A stretch of 63,681 bases of DNA, filler included, from 8 parts of 8 records of this genome joined end to end with filler, not necessarily neighbours in it; one strand, 5' to 3'. Numbered from the whole stretch's first letter, positions 44,287-54,356 are shown. The notes: generated from the letters alone by a model not told the origin. Numbers and translations: made by a program.

Positions 44287-45039
44287 TTAATACGCGGTAA
44301 CGCCGCCGTCTACCGGCAGTGCAATGCCGTTGATAAAGCTTCCTTCTTCCGATGCAAGGTAGAGGGCTGCCTCGGCGATGTCCTGCAGGCTCGCCATTCT
44401 GCCCAATGGTACTTCACCCAGCCGTTGCTCCTTCCAAACCGGATCCTTGAGCATTTCCTGGACCAGCGCGGTGGCGGCCGTGCTCGGGTTGATGGAGTTG
44501 CAGCGAATGTTGAACTCACCGTATCTCGACGCGATCGCTCTGGTCAGCGTGGTGAGGGCGCCTTTTGCCGTGGTGTAGGCCTCCGGCGTGAATTTGTGCC
44601 CGATGAGACCGCATACAGAAGACATGTTGATGATGCTGCCGCCCCCGATTTTCTTCATGATCGGTAGAACGTGTTTGATGCCGAGAAAAGGGCCCTTGAT
44701 GTTGACCTGGTACATCCGGTCGAGCTCTTCCGCGCTCATCTCTTCGATTACCTTGCGGATATTGATGCCGGCGTTGTTCACCAGGATGTCGATTCCGCCG
44801 GTTCTGTCAGCCATGTCTGTGCATACGCTGGACCAACTCGAATCGTCGCTGACGTCGAGCGTTACGAAGGTCGCGTTTCCTCCGCCCGCCGTGAGTTGTT
44901 CCTCGGCACTGCGGCCATGCTCCTCATTGATGTCCGCGATGGAGACGATGGCTCCTTCGCGACAGAATGTCTCAGCAATTGCAAAACCGATCCCCTGGGC
45001 TCCACCCGTGATTAAAGCTCGTTTTTTGTTCAATCTCAT
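44287..45039 (-). CDS. SDR oxidoreductase
   Basis: TGGAQGIG, NNAG, YTTAK. Confidence 0.9.
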   Translation of the reverse strand: MRLNKKRALITGGAQGIGFAIAETFCREGAIVSIADINEEHGRSAEEQLTAGGGNATFVTLDVSDDSSWSSVCTDMADRTGGIDILVNNAGINIRKVIEEMSAEELDRMYQVNIKGPFLGIKHVLPIMKKIGGGSIINMSSVCGLIGHKFTPEAYTTAKGALTTLTRAIASRYGEFNIRCNSINPSTAATALVQEMLKDPVWKEQRLGEVPLGRMASLQDIAEAALYLASEEGSFINGIALPVDGGVTAY

Positions 45040-45211
45040 GATATTTACCGGTCTGTTGAGGTGAGTGATGTGCGTTGACAATGTGGCCCGGTTGTAATAC
45101 GTATTACCTATTGCATCATGCTTAAAGATTGAGTCTAAGTCAAGAGAATTTTTATGTTCGGCCGCCTCACTCTAATTGTTTGAATTAAGGTATCTTTCCC
45201 TATTATGAAAT

Positions 45212-45571
45212 ATGTCTGATAACGTTATACCCGAACATCGATCAACGTCGCTCATGATCGCGCTGTTGATCATGGCTATCTTCCTGTCCATGGGCGGCAG
45301 GGTCGTTTTTTCCCCGCTCATGCCTTACCTGCAGGAAGAAATCGATATATCGCTGACAATGGTAGGGACACTGTTTCTTTTTGTCAGTGTCAGCTTTTCC
45401 CTTGGGTTGCTGCTTGCCGGCTTCGTGTCCTCCTGGATCGGCCATGGGAGGACCATTGTTTCGGCTCTGGCCATGGTCACTTCCGGCCTGTTAATCTGCG
45501 CTGCGGCACATAGTGTGTTGGCATTGGCGTTTGGTATGATCTGGATTGGCACAGGGGCGGGGATTTACCCC
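45212..45571 (+). CDS. MFS transporter (3' truncated)
   Basis: Four TM helices with a motif-A-like GFVSSWIGHGRT. Confidence 0.75.
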
Positions 45572-45671
45572 NNNNNNNNNNNNNNNNNNNNNNNNNNNNN
45601 NNNNNNNNNNNNNNNTTAATTAATTAANNNNNNNNNNNNNNNNNNNNNNNNNNNNNNNNNNNNNNNNNNNN
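45572..45671. other. Artificial contig spacer
   Basis: N-TTAATTAATTAA-N. Confidence 0.98.
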
Positions 45672-45890
45672 AAACGCTACACTTTTACTTTACAAAATAC
45701 ACATCAATTCTCCTTGCAATTTATATATACTGATTTTATCATGTATCCAATTTATATTCAACAAAACACCTTCCATAAATTATTCAAAATTGACATTTTT
45801 TTCATTTGTTATATAATGTCATTATATATATAAAATTTGTATATACAATGACAAAAAAATCTTGTTTATATGATTAAGAGGGAACAATTT

Positions 45891-48884
45891 ATGAAGTCAA
45901 TTTTAAATCGCAGCATCAGTATGCTGCTTGTTGTTATACTGGTGTTCACATCAGTTATGCTATCCGGCTGTGAAGAGCTGCCAATGGATACAGAGCCTAA
46001 TGTCCCTGCGTTTTTAGAAAACCCAACGGGCATCCACAGGGAATACTACGGTGCAAAGGATTATGACCGTATGGCACTGGATGAACTAGCATCGCTGGAG
46101 ATAATCATCGACTTGCTGACAGAGGAAATCATCAATCCACGTACAGGCGAGTTCGATGACCCGACACCTGAACCTGAGCCTACGGCAGATATCACCCTGC
46201 CATCAAATGTCAGCGCAAAGCTGAAAAGCTTGATAAATGAATATCGGTCTTATTATGAAACTGATTATATATATGACATGCTCCTTAGGCGCAGTGATTT
46301 GCTTAGTGCAAAGTATCGACTGGCAGTATATTTGGATGAGCTTCGCTCACAGGGATATTTGCGTGAAGATGTAGTCATTATTATATACAACACTTTAGGC
46401 TATGCCTCCCTTTCCAATGAGCTAGTATGCAGAAACGGCATAATCGCACTGCAATATGCAGTATATGACAACGGCATATCCGATGCTGAGGTGCACCTAA
46501 TTAATGCGATCAATCACTACGAGCAAGCAGCAGAGCACGAAATGAATATGGAAACCATCGACATGATGCTTTCCTGCCTTGCCTGCTACACAGAAGTGCT
46601 ATTGGGGCTGGAAATCGCAGGCATCACTCCCGATGACAGCTATCTGGATGACAGCATAGACACCGACGGCGACGGAATATCCGACGGCTTTGAGCTGGCG
46701 TTTAAAATAAACCCATACAAAATGGACACGGACGGCGACGGACTGGATGACTATTTTGAGTCTATGAACCTGCCATTTATCGACCCGACACTGGAGGATA
46801 CAGACGGCAACGGCATCATTGATTTATACGAAGATAATGACTTTGACTGGCTGAGCAACGAGCAGGAAGCTATTTTAGGTACATCCCCGACAAATGAGGA
46901 CAGCGACTATGATAAGCTGGATGACAGATTTGAAATAGAAGTGACCGGCACAGACCCATTAAAGGTGGACACAGACGGTGACGGACTGACAGACTATGAA
47001 GAGTTTAACATGCACACCAATCCAAATGCGCCTGATACAGACGGCAATGGCATATTAGACAAGGATGAATTTATACCGCAGCTTGTGCGCCATGAAATAG
47101 AAGTGGAAGAAAAGCAAGAGCTATATGGCTTGGACATAGTCTTCAGCGCAAAAGGATATGCACAGGATACAACAGACATCACAGATACCTATAATCTGGA
47201 CGTTAAGTCATCATCTATTCTAGGGCTGGTAGGTTCACCTATCCACTTTAATACTCACTCGGAGTTTATAGATGCCAATATATCTTTTTACTTCTCGTCA
47301 TACTCACTGGGCGCAGTTAACCCTGATGATTTGGCAATATTATGGTATGATGAATCTATGCACCAGTACAAACTTACCAACTCTGTGGTTAATTCAGCTT
47401 GGGGCTGTATAAGTGCTGACATTACAGAGACAGGCACATATTTGGTTGTGGACTTTGCGGAGTTTTCTACACTGCTGACCCAAGTAACATCGTCAGCACA
47501 ATCGAATGTAAGCACTGCTGAAAAAGCAGGAAGCTCTATTGATAGCGACGGCGACGGACTGTATGATGAGGATGAAGTTAACGGCATTTTGACGCTGTTC
47601 GGCAGATTCTACAGCAATCCTGACAAAAAAGACACCGATGAAGATACCATCCCAGACGGAGTGGAAATGGGCGTTGCTGACTATTATATAGGTATGAAAG
47701 ACGGCATTTCGTGGCAATACAAAGGATACGATGTTAAAAGCAACCCCAGCAAAAAAGACAGTGACGGCGATGGGTTTAATGATAATGAAGATGATTTACC
47801 TCTGATTGGTCTGTATGCAATGGGAGCTTATGAAAGACAAGTTTACTTAGAGGCGCTGTTTGAACTATATGAAGAAACCCAAGATATTTTCCTATCGATA
47901 GATGCTATCCCAGAAGATATAACTTGGTATGAAGAGAACTTCTGCTTCTGGATTCCACTAGTTGCCGAAGCAAACTGGCTGGAAAAGGCAGTAATAGCAG
48001 CAGGCTTTAAATATGATGTTTATGAAGATGCATATGTTTCAAGAATTTATAATGTTCAAAAAGTTGCTGGATATCATAAAATTATTGACGATGTATCAAC
48101 ATATCCGTTTATGATGGTTATTGATTGTGAACCCATAAAATTCTTTGCCAATGGTCACTGGTATATGATAGAGTTATGGAAAGGACAATACGGTTTATCT
48201 ACAGGATGTGAAATCGGTATATATGAAAGAGAAGATTTAACTGATGAAACAATTGTACCGGGAAATGAAACATGGTGGAAATGTGTAGATAAAGAAGATT
48301 TTATCCTAATGCAATATAAATTTGAGAGAAGAAAAAATGAGAAAGAGCTGGAATTAGCTGACCCTGAAGATGGAATAATTGATAAGGTTTTCGAAAGAAA
48401 TTCCGATAATCCACGTACTGATGAAACAGAAAAGCATTGGTGGTTAACTGGTTTTATGCCCGGGATACATTCTTATCAATGGCAATTATCAATGGATATA
48501 AAATTAAACTTCAATAACTATGAAATGTACACCAGTTTCCTAGAGTCTATGGAATCCTCTCCACCAAACGGGTTAGGATATGAAATAACCGATAAAAATC
48601 CTAGTGATAATTCAGTATCTTTTACATTCGACCAGGTGAAAACTAATCCAGATGAATATGATCCTTTCTCGAATAGTATTCCTCAGGCTGTAAAGCTATC
48701 TCAAGAATGGTGCAATGCAATGGTAATTGAATATAATAATCAAAAAAATGATAAAGGATTAGTAGATAACAGTCCAGCTTCAATAGTTCAAATGGACTTG
48801 AGAGTGGCAGAAATGTTTGCAGAAAGTTTTTGGATTTACGCTAAGAATTTTATGGAATGGGTAGAAGATATTATTACCGACTAA
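45891..48884 (+). CDS. Large lipoprotein with DxDxDG Ca-binding repeats and a C-terminal DUF4474-like domain
   Basis: Lipobox LSGC; repeated DTDGDGxxDxxE units; C-terminal GFKYD...IDCEPIKF...IELWKGQYGLSTGCEIGIY...HWWLTGF. Confidence 0.75.
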   Translation: MKSILNRSISMLLVVILVFTSVMLSGCEELPMDTEPNVPAFLENPTGIHREYYGAKDYDRMALDELASLEIIIDLLTEEIINPRTGEFDDPTPEPEPTADITLPSNVSAKLKSLINEYRSYYETDYIYDMLLRRSDLLSAKYRLAVYLDELRSQGYLREDVVIIIYNTLGYASLSNELVCRNGIIALQYAVYDNGISDAEVHLINAINHYEQAAEHEMNMETIDMMLSCLACYTEVLLGLEIAGITPDDSYLDDSIDTDGDGISDGFELAFKINPYKMDTDGDGLDDYFESMNLPFIDPTLEDTDGNGIIDLYEDNDFDWLSNEQEAILGTSPTNEDSDYDKLDDRFEIEVTGTDPLKVDTDGDGLTDYEEFNMHTNPNAPDTDGNGILDKDEFIPQLVRHEIEVEEKQELYGLDIVFSAKGYAQDTTDITDTYNLDVKSSSILGLVGSPIHFNTHSEFIDANISFYFSSYSLGAVNPDDLAILWYDESMHQYKLTNSVVNSAWGCISADITETGTYLVVDFAEFSTLLTQVTSSAQSNVSTAEKAGSSIDSDGDGLYDEDEVNGILTLFGRFYSNPDKKDTDEDTIPDGVEMGVADYYIGMKDGISWQYKGYDVKSNPSKKDSDGDGFNDNEDDLPLIGLYAMGAYERQVYLEALFELYEETQDIFLSIDAIPEDITWYEENFCFWIPLVAEANWLEKAVIAAGFKYDVYEDAYVSRIYNVQKVAGYHKIIDDVSTYPFMMVIDCEPIKFFANGHWYMIELWKGQYGLSTGCEIGIYEREDLTDETIVPGNETWWKCVDKEDFILMQYKFERRKNEKELELADPEDGIIDKVFERNSDNPRTDETEKHWWLTGFMPGIHSYQWQLSMDIKLNFNNYEMYTSFLESMESSPPNGLGYEITDKNPSDNSVSFTFDQVKTNPDEYDPFSNSIPQAVKLSQEWCNAMVIEYNNQKNDKGLVDNSPASIVQMDLRVAEMFAESFWIYAKNFMEWVEDIITD

Positions 48885-48906
48885 TATACTAGATACAGGA
48901 GAAAAA

Positions 48907-50658
48907 ATGAAAAAAGTATTTAAATTTATTTTAATAGCAATAATGTGCACCAATTTAATATCGTGTATAGTCCCAAATGCTGTAGACAGAATAGAAGATA
49001 ATGAAAACAGTGAACAAAAATTAATAGACCAAAAACTATACGAAGCCTGCTATTTCGGCAACCTTGAAGCTGCAAAAGAAGCAATTGCAGATGGTGCTAA
49101 TTTGGACGAAATGATTGGTGTAGATAGTAATTCAAACAACCCATACATTTTATCAAGAGCCAATTGGAACCCTAAAATTGCACAATATTTAATTCTAAAC
49201 GGTGCCAATCCTAACCATGCTTCGTCAAAAACAGGTTTCAGCCTGGTAATGTGGGAAGCATGGTGCTCAAATCCTGATGGCTGTGCATTTCTATTGGAAA
49301 ATGGTGCAGATGCCACGCAACAGGATAAGGATGGTCTGACGGCTCTAGAGTATGCAGTGAATGACTACAAGGTTGAAGATACGGAAGAAGAAGTACTGGC
49401 CGTAATAAAAATTTTGTTAGAGTATGGATGTGAGGTTACATCCGAAACATTAAAACGCGCTTTAATGGCAGCAGATACCAGCAGGTATAAAGTCTATCAA
49501 GTCGTTGTACAAGAATTAATTAATAACGGTTACGAGCCTGATTTAAGCGAAGCTATGACTGCCGCTATTCTAGGGAATTCAGATGAATTAAGCAAATTGA
49601 TTAAGGACCATAAAATCATAGATGAAGAAATTGATAGAATATTACTTTTCGCTTCTGCATTCGGAACAAGAGAAAATGTTGAACTTTTAATTGAAAACGG
49701 AGCTAATATTAACACCATAGATTATGACTATAACAATCCGTTAAATGTTGCAGTAAAATATGATAATTTTGACACTGTCAAGTATCTGGTTGAGAGAAAC
49801 ATAAGACTGGAACAACAAAATAGAGATGATAATACTCCTCTTTTGGAAGCGATAGAAAGAGATTATTTTGATATAGTTAAATATCTTCTGGAAAGCGGAT
49901 GTAATGTTAATTATCGTGATGAAGAAAATTACTACTGGGTTGATGACCCATATTGTATAGCATCAAGATACGGATGTGTTGAAATATTGAAATACCTTGA
50001 GGATAATTGGTATGAGACTGATGCCGAAAAAGAAGGTATAGCATTCAGCATAGCCTGCGAGTATAATTGCCTAAAATCTATCGAATATTTCGTTGAAAAA
50101 GGTTTAGACCCCAATATGGATGTAAAGCGTGGTAACGTGATGGAGTTCTGTACAGATTTAGAAGTAATTAAATATATGGAACAGCACGGGGGAGACATTC
50201 ATAATAAACACATTTTAGATTTGAGTGCAAAGACAGGAAACTACGAAGTCTGCCAATACCTAATCGAACAAGGTGCAGATATTAACCAAACATTCAACGA
50301 TGATAACGATACTCCCATATGCAACGCAATACTAATGGGGCATATGGACATTGTAAAATTAATGATAGAAAACGGTGCTGAAATAACCTACAGCGTATTA
50401 AAGAGTGCAGCGCAGCACCAAAGCCGAAATATTTTTCTGTACATTTTGGATAACTGCGAGGATGTCAATTTGCAGAACGACGAGGGCTGGACGGTGTTAA
50501 TGTACGCTGCTGCTAGGAATGATTTGGAGCGTGTGCAGTATCTTGTTGAATACGGTGCTGATATAAACATAGCTAACAATGACGGCGAAACTGCGCTGGA
50601 TATTGCACGGGATAATAATTATGGTGATGTTGTTAAGTATTTAAAGGGATTGGATTAA
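48907..50658 (+). CDS. Ankyrin-repeat lipoprotein
   Basis: Lipobox LISC; many ankyrin repeats (GWTVLMYAAARNDLERVQYLVEYGADIN, GETALDIA). Confidence 0.9.
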   Translation: MKKVFKFILIAIMCTNLISCIVPNAVDRIEDNENSEQKLIDQKLYEACYFGNLEAAKEAIADGANLDEMIGVDSNSNNPYILSRANWNPKIAQYLILNGANPNHASSKTGFSLVMWEAWCSNPDGCAFLLENGADATQQDKDGLTALEYAVNDYKVEDTEEEVLAVIKILLEYGCEVTSETLKRALMAADTSRYKVYQVVVQELINNGYEPDLSEAMTAAILGNSDELSKLIKDHKIIDEEIDRILLFASAFGTRENVELLIENGANINTIDYDYNNPLNVAVKYDNFDTVKYLVERNIRLEQQNRDDNTPLLEAIERDYFDIVKYLLESGCNVNYRDEENYYWVDDPYCIASRYGCVEILKYLEDNWYETDAEKEGIAFSIACEYNCLKSIEYFVEKGLDPNMDVKRGNVMEFCTDLEVIKYMEQHGGDIHNKHILDLSAKTGNYEVCQYLIEQGADINQTFNDDNDTPICNAILMGHMDIVKLMIENGAEITYSVLKSAAQHQSRNIFLYILDNCEDVNLQNDEGWTVLMYAAARNDLERVQYLVEYGADINIANNDGETALDIARDNNYGDVVKYLKGLD

Positions 50659-50661
50659 TAG

Positions 50662-51044
50662 ATGAAAAGGAAATCAACCATTATATCATTACTGCTAGTT
50701 TGTGTAATTTTAGCATCCTGCACAACAAGCCCGAAATATATAATTCCATCTACAATCGATAAGATTGAATATAAAATTGAGAGCAGTCAGGACGAAGAAC
50801 AAGTTGCCTTAGACAGAAAACTATACGAAGCCTGCTACTTCGGCAACCTAGAAGCAGTAAAAGAAGCTATTGCAGATGGTGCTAATTTAGATAAAATGAT
50901 TAGTGTAGATTACGAAATCCCCAATCCATATATAGTTGCAAGAGCTGGTACAAACATGGATATTGCACAATATTTAATCTTAAACGGAGCAAACCCAAAT
51001 CAGGCATTAGATATAGAGATACTAAAAGATGTGAACTCAAAAAA
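50662..51044 (+). CDS. Second ankyrin lipoprotein paralog (3' truncated)
   Basis: Lipobox LASC; KLYEACYFGNLEAxKEAIADGANLD and IAQYLILNGANPN shared with the previous gene. Confidence 0.8.
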
Positions 51045-51144
51045 NNNNNNNNNNNNNNNNNNNNNNNNNNNNNNNNNNNNNNNNNNNNTTAATTAATTAA
51101 NNNNNNNNNNNNNNNNNNNNNNNNNNNNNNNNNNNNNNNNNNNN
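51045..51144. other. Artificial contig spacer
   Basis: N-TTAATTAATTAA-N. Confidence 0.98.
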
Positions 51145-51335
51145 TTTTTCTCCTAAATTGTTATTTTCCATAATACTCTCCTTAATAATTAAAAATTATA
51201 AATAATTTGTTTTTGTAGCGTAGAGGAGAAAGCAAATAATTATCTCACTCTATAAATAAACAAAAAATCAAATCTGTTATCTTTTGAAAACCTAGCATTA
51301 CTTTTTCTACGTTAGAAAAATATTTTTTGAATTGC

Positions 51336-51409
51336 GTATAATCTTCTGGAGATTGCCGACGTGCACATCGTTTCGATTTCATGTGCATGTTGGCAATCCT
51401 CTGTTAGCT
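51336..51409. repeat. attC-like hairpin site 1
   Basis: GTATAAT-N8-GATTGCCGACGTGCACAT...ATGTGCATGTTGGCAATC-N4-GTTAGCT; AAT in place of AAC. Confidence 0.7.
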
Positions 51410-51441
51410 GACGTAATTTTCGAAAGAAACCAATATCCTAC

Positions 51442-52287
51442 CTATTTTTTTGTTGCCTTTATCTTATTACAGAATTCCATTACCTTACGATCAACTTCAT
51501 CTGGATAACTATATTCTAACTTTTCACCAATATATTTCGCAAGCTTTCTAAATAAACTAGTTACCTTGTAAAACGCTTGCCAATTTTCTTCTATTCCTCC
51601 ACTTGCATATGATTGCTCAACTTCATTCCACACTTCAGGTGATAGGAGTTTTTTATATTTTTTACCAAGTGCACCTGTTTCTATTGACCAACCATTTTTA
51701 TATCCAATATGCCAATCAACTATTTTATGTAAAAATGAATACCTCAATATATTATCTAACATATACTTCGCAAACGGCAACTCATCTCTCCATAAATACT
51801 TGGGTATGTAATATGCATCCCACCAAAATTCATGTACTAATGCATTAAATTCCTCTTCTGTTGGTTTCTTAATTATAAATTCGCTATATGTACACTCAAT
51901 GGAATCTTCTATCTTTTTATCCTTATCTACTAGTATTTTATATCCATTATCATATCGATCAGTTTGAATTTTTTCTTGTTCTGTAATCTGAAAATCAATT
52001 CTTATACCATCTTCAAATAAAATTAATCTTGTAATCCATTCATTAGAAAAAGTAGAACGAGGCTTATATGGCCATCTAACCATAACTTTTCCAAAAGTAG
52101 AAAGCCAATTGTCATCCTTAACAAAGTACTGAATGTCTGAAACATATAATTCGATATCATAATCAGACAAAAAATCAACTTTATTATCCTTCTTAACTCG
52201 TGAACTAGTTAGTATTGCAGTTCTTACAATATCATTCCCTCTTGCCCACTCCGTAAATTGTGTTAATACTTGTTCTTCACTTCTCAT
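51442..52287 (-). CDS. Aminoglycoside 6-adenylyltransferase (AadK/AadE) family protein
   Basis: MRSEEQV...SSR...DFLSDYDIELYV, LILFEDGIRIDF, EFWW...YIPKYLWRDEL, GKKYKKLL, YSYP. Confidence 0.8.
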   Translation of the reverse strand: MRSEEQVLTQFTEWARGNDIVRTAILTSSRVKKDNKVDFLSDYDIELYVSDIQYFVKDDNWLSTFGKVMVRWPYKPRSTFSNEWITRLILFEDGIRIDFQITEQEKIQTDRYDNGYKILVDKDKKIEDSIECTYSEFIIKKPTEEEFNALVHEFWWDAYYIPKYLWRDELPFAKYMLDNILRYSFLHKIVDWHIGYKNGWSIETGALGKKYKKLLSPEVWNEVEQSYASGGIEENWQAFYKVTSLFRKLAKYIGEKLEYSYPDEVDRKVMEFCNKIKATKK

Positions 52288-52322
52288 CTGTGTCCCCCCT
52301 CACAAGATATCGGTTAGTATTC

Positions 52323-53204
52323 CTACAAGCTATCTTCTAATAAACTAAGATTCGCATAAAAGAACTGGTCATCAATCTTATTTCTCCTAACACACCAGGC
52401 TAGTTCACCTAAAGCATTATGGATTCTATATATAGGCAAGGTACCCTCGATATCAGGTAACTCTTCTATTGATTTATAACCGCTAATAAAAGACTCTTTC
52501 GATTTAGGATATACGTTCCATATATGCTCTGATATCTTAATGAAATCGATTGATGCTGATCCTCCACGTGATGATTCGAAATCAACTATACCTACCACTT
52601 TTCCCTCTTTAACAAGAATATTTCCAGGCCTATAATCAAAATGTACTAGACAAGGAATTTCTGATTTGAAACTCTCGTTCATTTCTAGTTCATAGAATTT
52701 TTCTAGTTTCTCCTTTAGCCCAGTGGATATATAACCATCAATTTCCAACAACCAGTTTTTATATCTTTTTCTTATACTCTCCCACCAGTCATTTTTCTTG
52801 TCATTTAGTTCAAACTTTTCTAATTTGATTCTATGTATTGATGCTAGAGCTTTTCCTATTTCGAAACTTTGCTCTGCACAAATTGGGAGGCTCATTGGAT
52901 CACCATCTATATATGACATTAATAATGCGCCAATATTTTTATTATCCCCATACCAGACATTAAGCAAATCAGGAACTAAAGGATTGCTTGATAATAACTC
53001 TAATGCTCTAGCTTCACGATAAACTTTCTCTCTATTAAATGGGATCTTCAAAACAACTTTATCGTTGTTCATTAATTTTAGTATTCTCACAGTAGAGCTA
53101 TATGACTCAGTAACTAATTCGACTGATTTAACATCTACATTGAAAATTTCAATTGCCTTATCGATTACGTCCATGTTGTTCTCCTTCAGTTGTATGATTT
53201 CCAA
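52323..53204 (-). CDS. Aminoglycoside phosphotransferase (APH/choline kinase-like) family protein
   Basis: VVLK, HFDYRPGNIL catalytic loop, VDFE. Confidence 0.82.
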   Translation of the reverse strand: MEIIQLKENNMDVIDKAIEIFNVDVKSVELVTESYSSTVRILKLMNNDKVVLKIPFNREKVYREARALELLSSNPLVPDLLNVWYGDNKNIGALLMSYIDGDPMSLPICAEQSFEIGKALASIHRIKLEKFELNDKKNDWWESIRKRYKNWLLEIDGYISTGLKEKLEKFYELEMNESFKSEIPCLVHFDYRPGNILVKEGKVVGIVDFESSRGGSASIDFIKISEHIWNVYPKSKESFISGYKSIEELPDIEGTLPIYRIHNALGELAWCVRRNKIDDQFFYANLSLLEDSL

Positions 53205-53278
53205 GACTTAAATTCTTGTCACTAATTCTTATCACACCATTAACATTGTGTATGAAACTTACTAAGGTAAAACTGTCC

Positions 53279-53329
53279 CTATAACGTTCCGCGAATATGC
53301 GAAGTGGAATCGCATATTCTCTGTTATAG
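53279..53329. repeat. attC-like hairpin site 2
   Basis: CTATAAC-GTTCCGC-GAATATGCGA-AGTGGAA-TCGCATATTC-TCT-GTTATAG. Confidence 0.85.
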
Positions 53330-53383
53330 GCAGTTTTTTCTTGGATGTTTGGGGAAAAACGGAGCCATGGATGGCGGAGTTTT

Positions 53384-54079
53384 CTATTTTAGCTTCATTA
53401 AGCATGAATCTACCCATTTCTCATCCATTTTTTTCAATCGGTTTTTCTTTAAGTTTTCCTTTATTATCCATTTAATATGTTTTCCTTGTAGATCAAATAG
53501 TTTTTCAAAAATGGTTTTACCTTCATTTGGAATTGCAGATATTGCAACACTCCAGCCATATCCTAAGGTTTTTCTTAAAGATGTGCTTTTTTTGTCAAGC
53601 TTTTCGTCATGAGCAAATTGCTTAGATATTTGTAGTAAGATATTAAGAACTGCTATATTTGATTCTCTATTGTCCAGTAATTTCGGCTCACAAAGGCCTG
53701 CGACAACAGCTCTTTGTTCAAGTTCACTTCCTTGGACAAAACATTCCAACTTTCCTAGAATGTCAGTCATTTTGTTTTCAGCTATTTCTTGAATCGATAT
53801 TGCTACCGATTCTCTGATTCTCCAGCTTTCATGATTGGCATATTGTTTTAAGAATGAAATGACGTCCTCTAAAGAATTCCGATTTTTAATTGAATATGAT
53901 AAAACTCCGCACATACCAACAAATTCTTCGGGAGAATTCTTTACAGTAGGTGTTATGTATTCAATACATTCTTTAATTTGTTCTTCATCTGCATTTTTTG
54001 AAAATTCATACAACAATTTTAAATTTCCTCGTGGCCCAGGCAAATTCGAATTCTCAATTAAATATTTAATGTCATACAT
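53384..54079 (-). CDS. HEAT-repeat-like hypothetical protein
   Basis: SNLPGPRGNL, ESWRIRESVA, LCEPKLL, LGYGWSV, WIIKENLKKNRL. Confidence 0.7.
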   Translation of the reverse strand: MYDIKYLIENSNLPGPRGNLKLLYEFSKNADEEQIKECIEYITPTVKNSPEEFVGMCGVLSYSIKNRNSLEDVISFLKQYANHESWRIRESVAISIQEIAENKMTDILGKLECFVQGSELEQRAVVAGLCEPKLLDNRESNIAVLNILLQISKQFAHDEKLDKKSTSLRKTLGYGWSVAISAIPNEGKTIFEKLFDLQGKHIKWIIKENLKKNRLKKMDEKWVDSCLMKLK

Positions 54080-54146
54080 TTATTTTCCTTTCTTTGTGCC
54101 ATGGATGGTGCAATGATAAATATAAAATTCTCCAAGAAAAAATTGC

Positions 54147-54224
54147 CTATAACGTCACGTGAGCTTACGACGTGGACATTCTTCCGAATTTATTGTCCAT
54201 GTCGTCGTAAGTTTGCAGTTAGGT
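54147..54224. repeat. attC-like hairpin site 3
   Basis: CTATAAC-GTCACGT-GAGCTTACGACGTGGACA...TGTCCATGTCGTCGTAAGTTT-GCA-GTTAGGT. Confidence 0.85.
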
Positions 54225-54356
54225 GTGTACTGAGTGACAACTTTCGAAACGTATAGATCTATGCTTAAGCCTTCTGTATGACTCCATCCATTCGTACAGT
54301 AAATCCAATCAGTTTTATAAATGTCTAGCCGTCAAGATAATATAAACGTAATGAAC

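Noticed and set aside
46650-47790. GACACAGACGGCGACGG-type nucleotide repeats as a DNA-level element
   Set aside because: Fully explained by in-frame DTDGDG protein repeats.
51216-51314. TAGCGTAGA...TCTACGTTA as an eighth attC-like or attI site
   Set aside because: Only about 9 bp of pairing in very AT-rich DNA, without the 7/3 spacer geometry.
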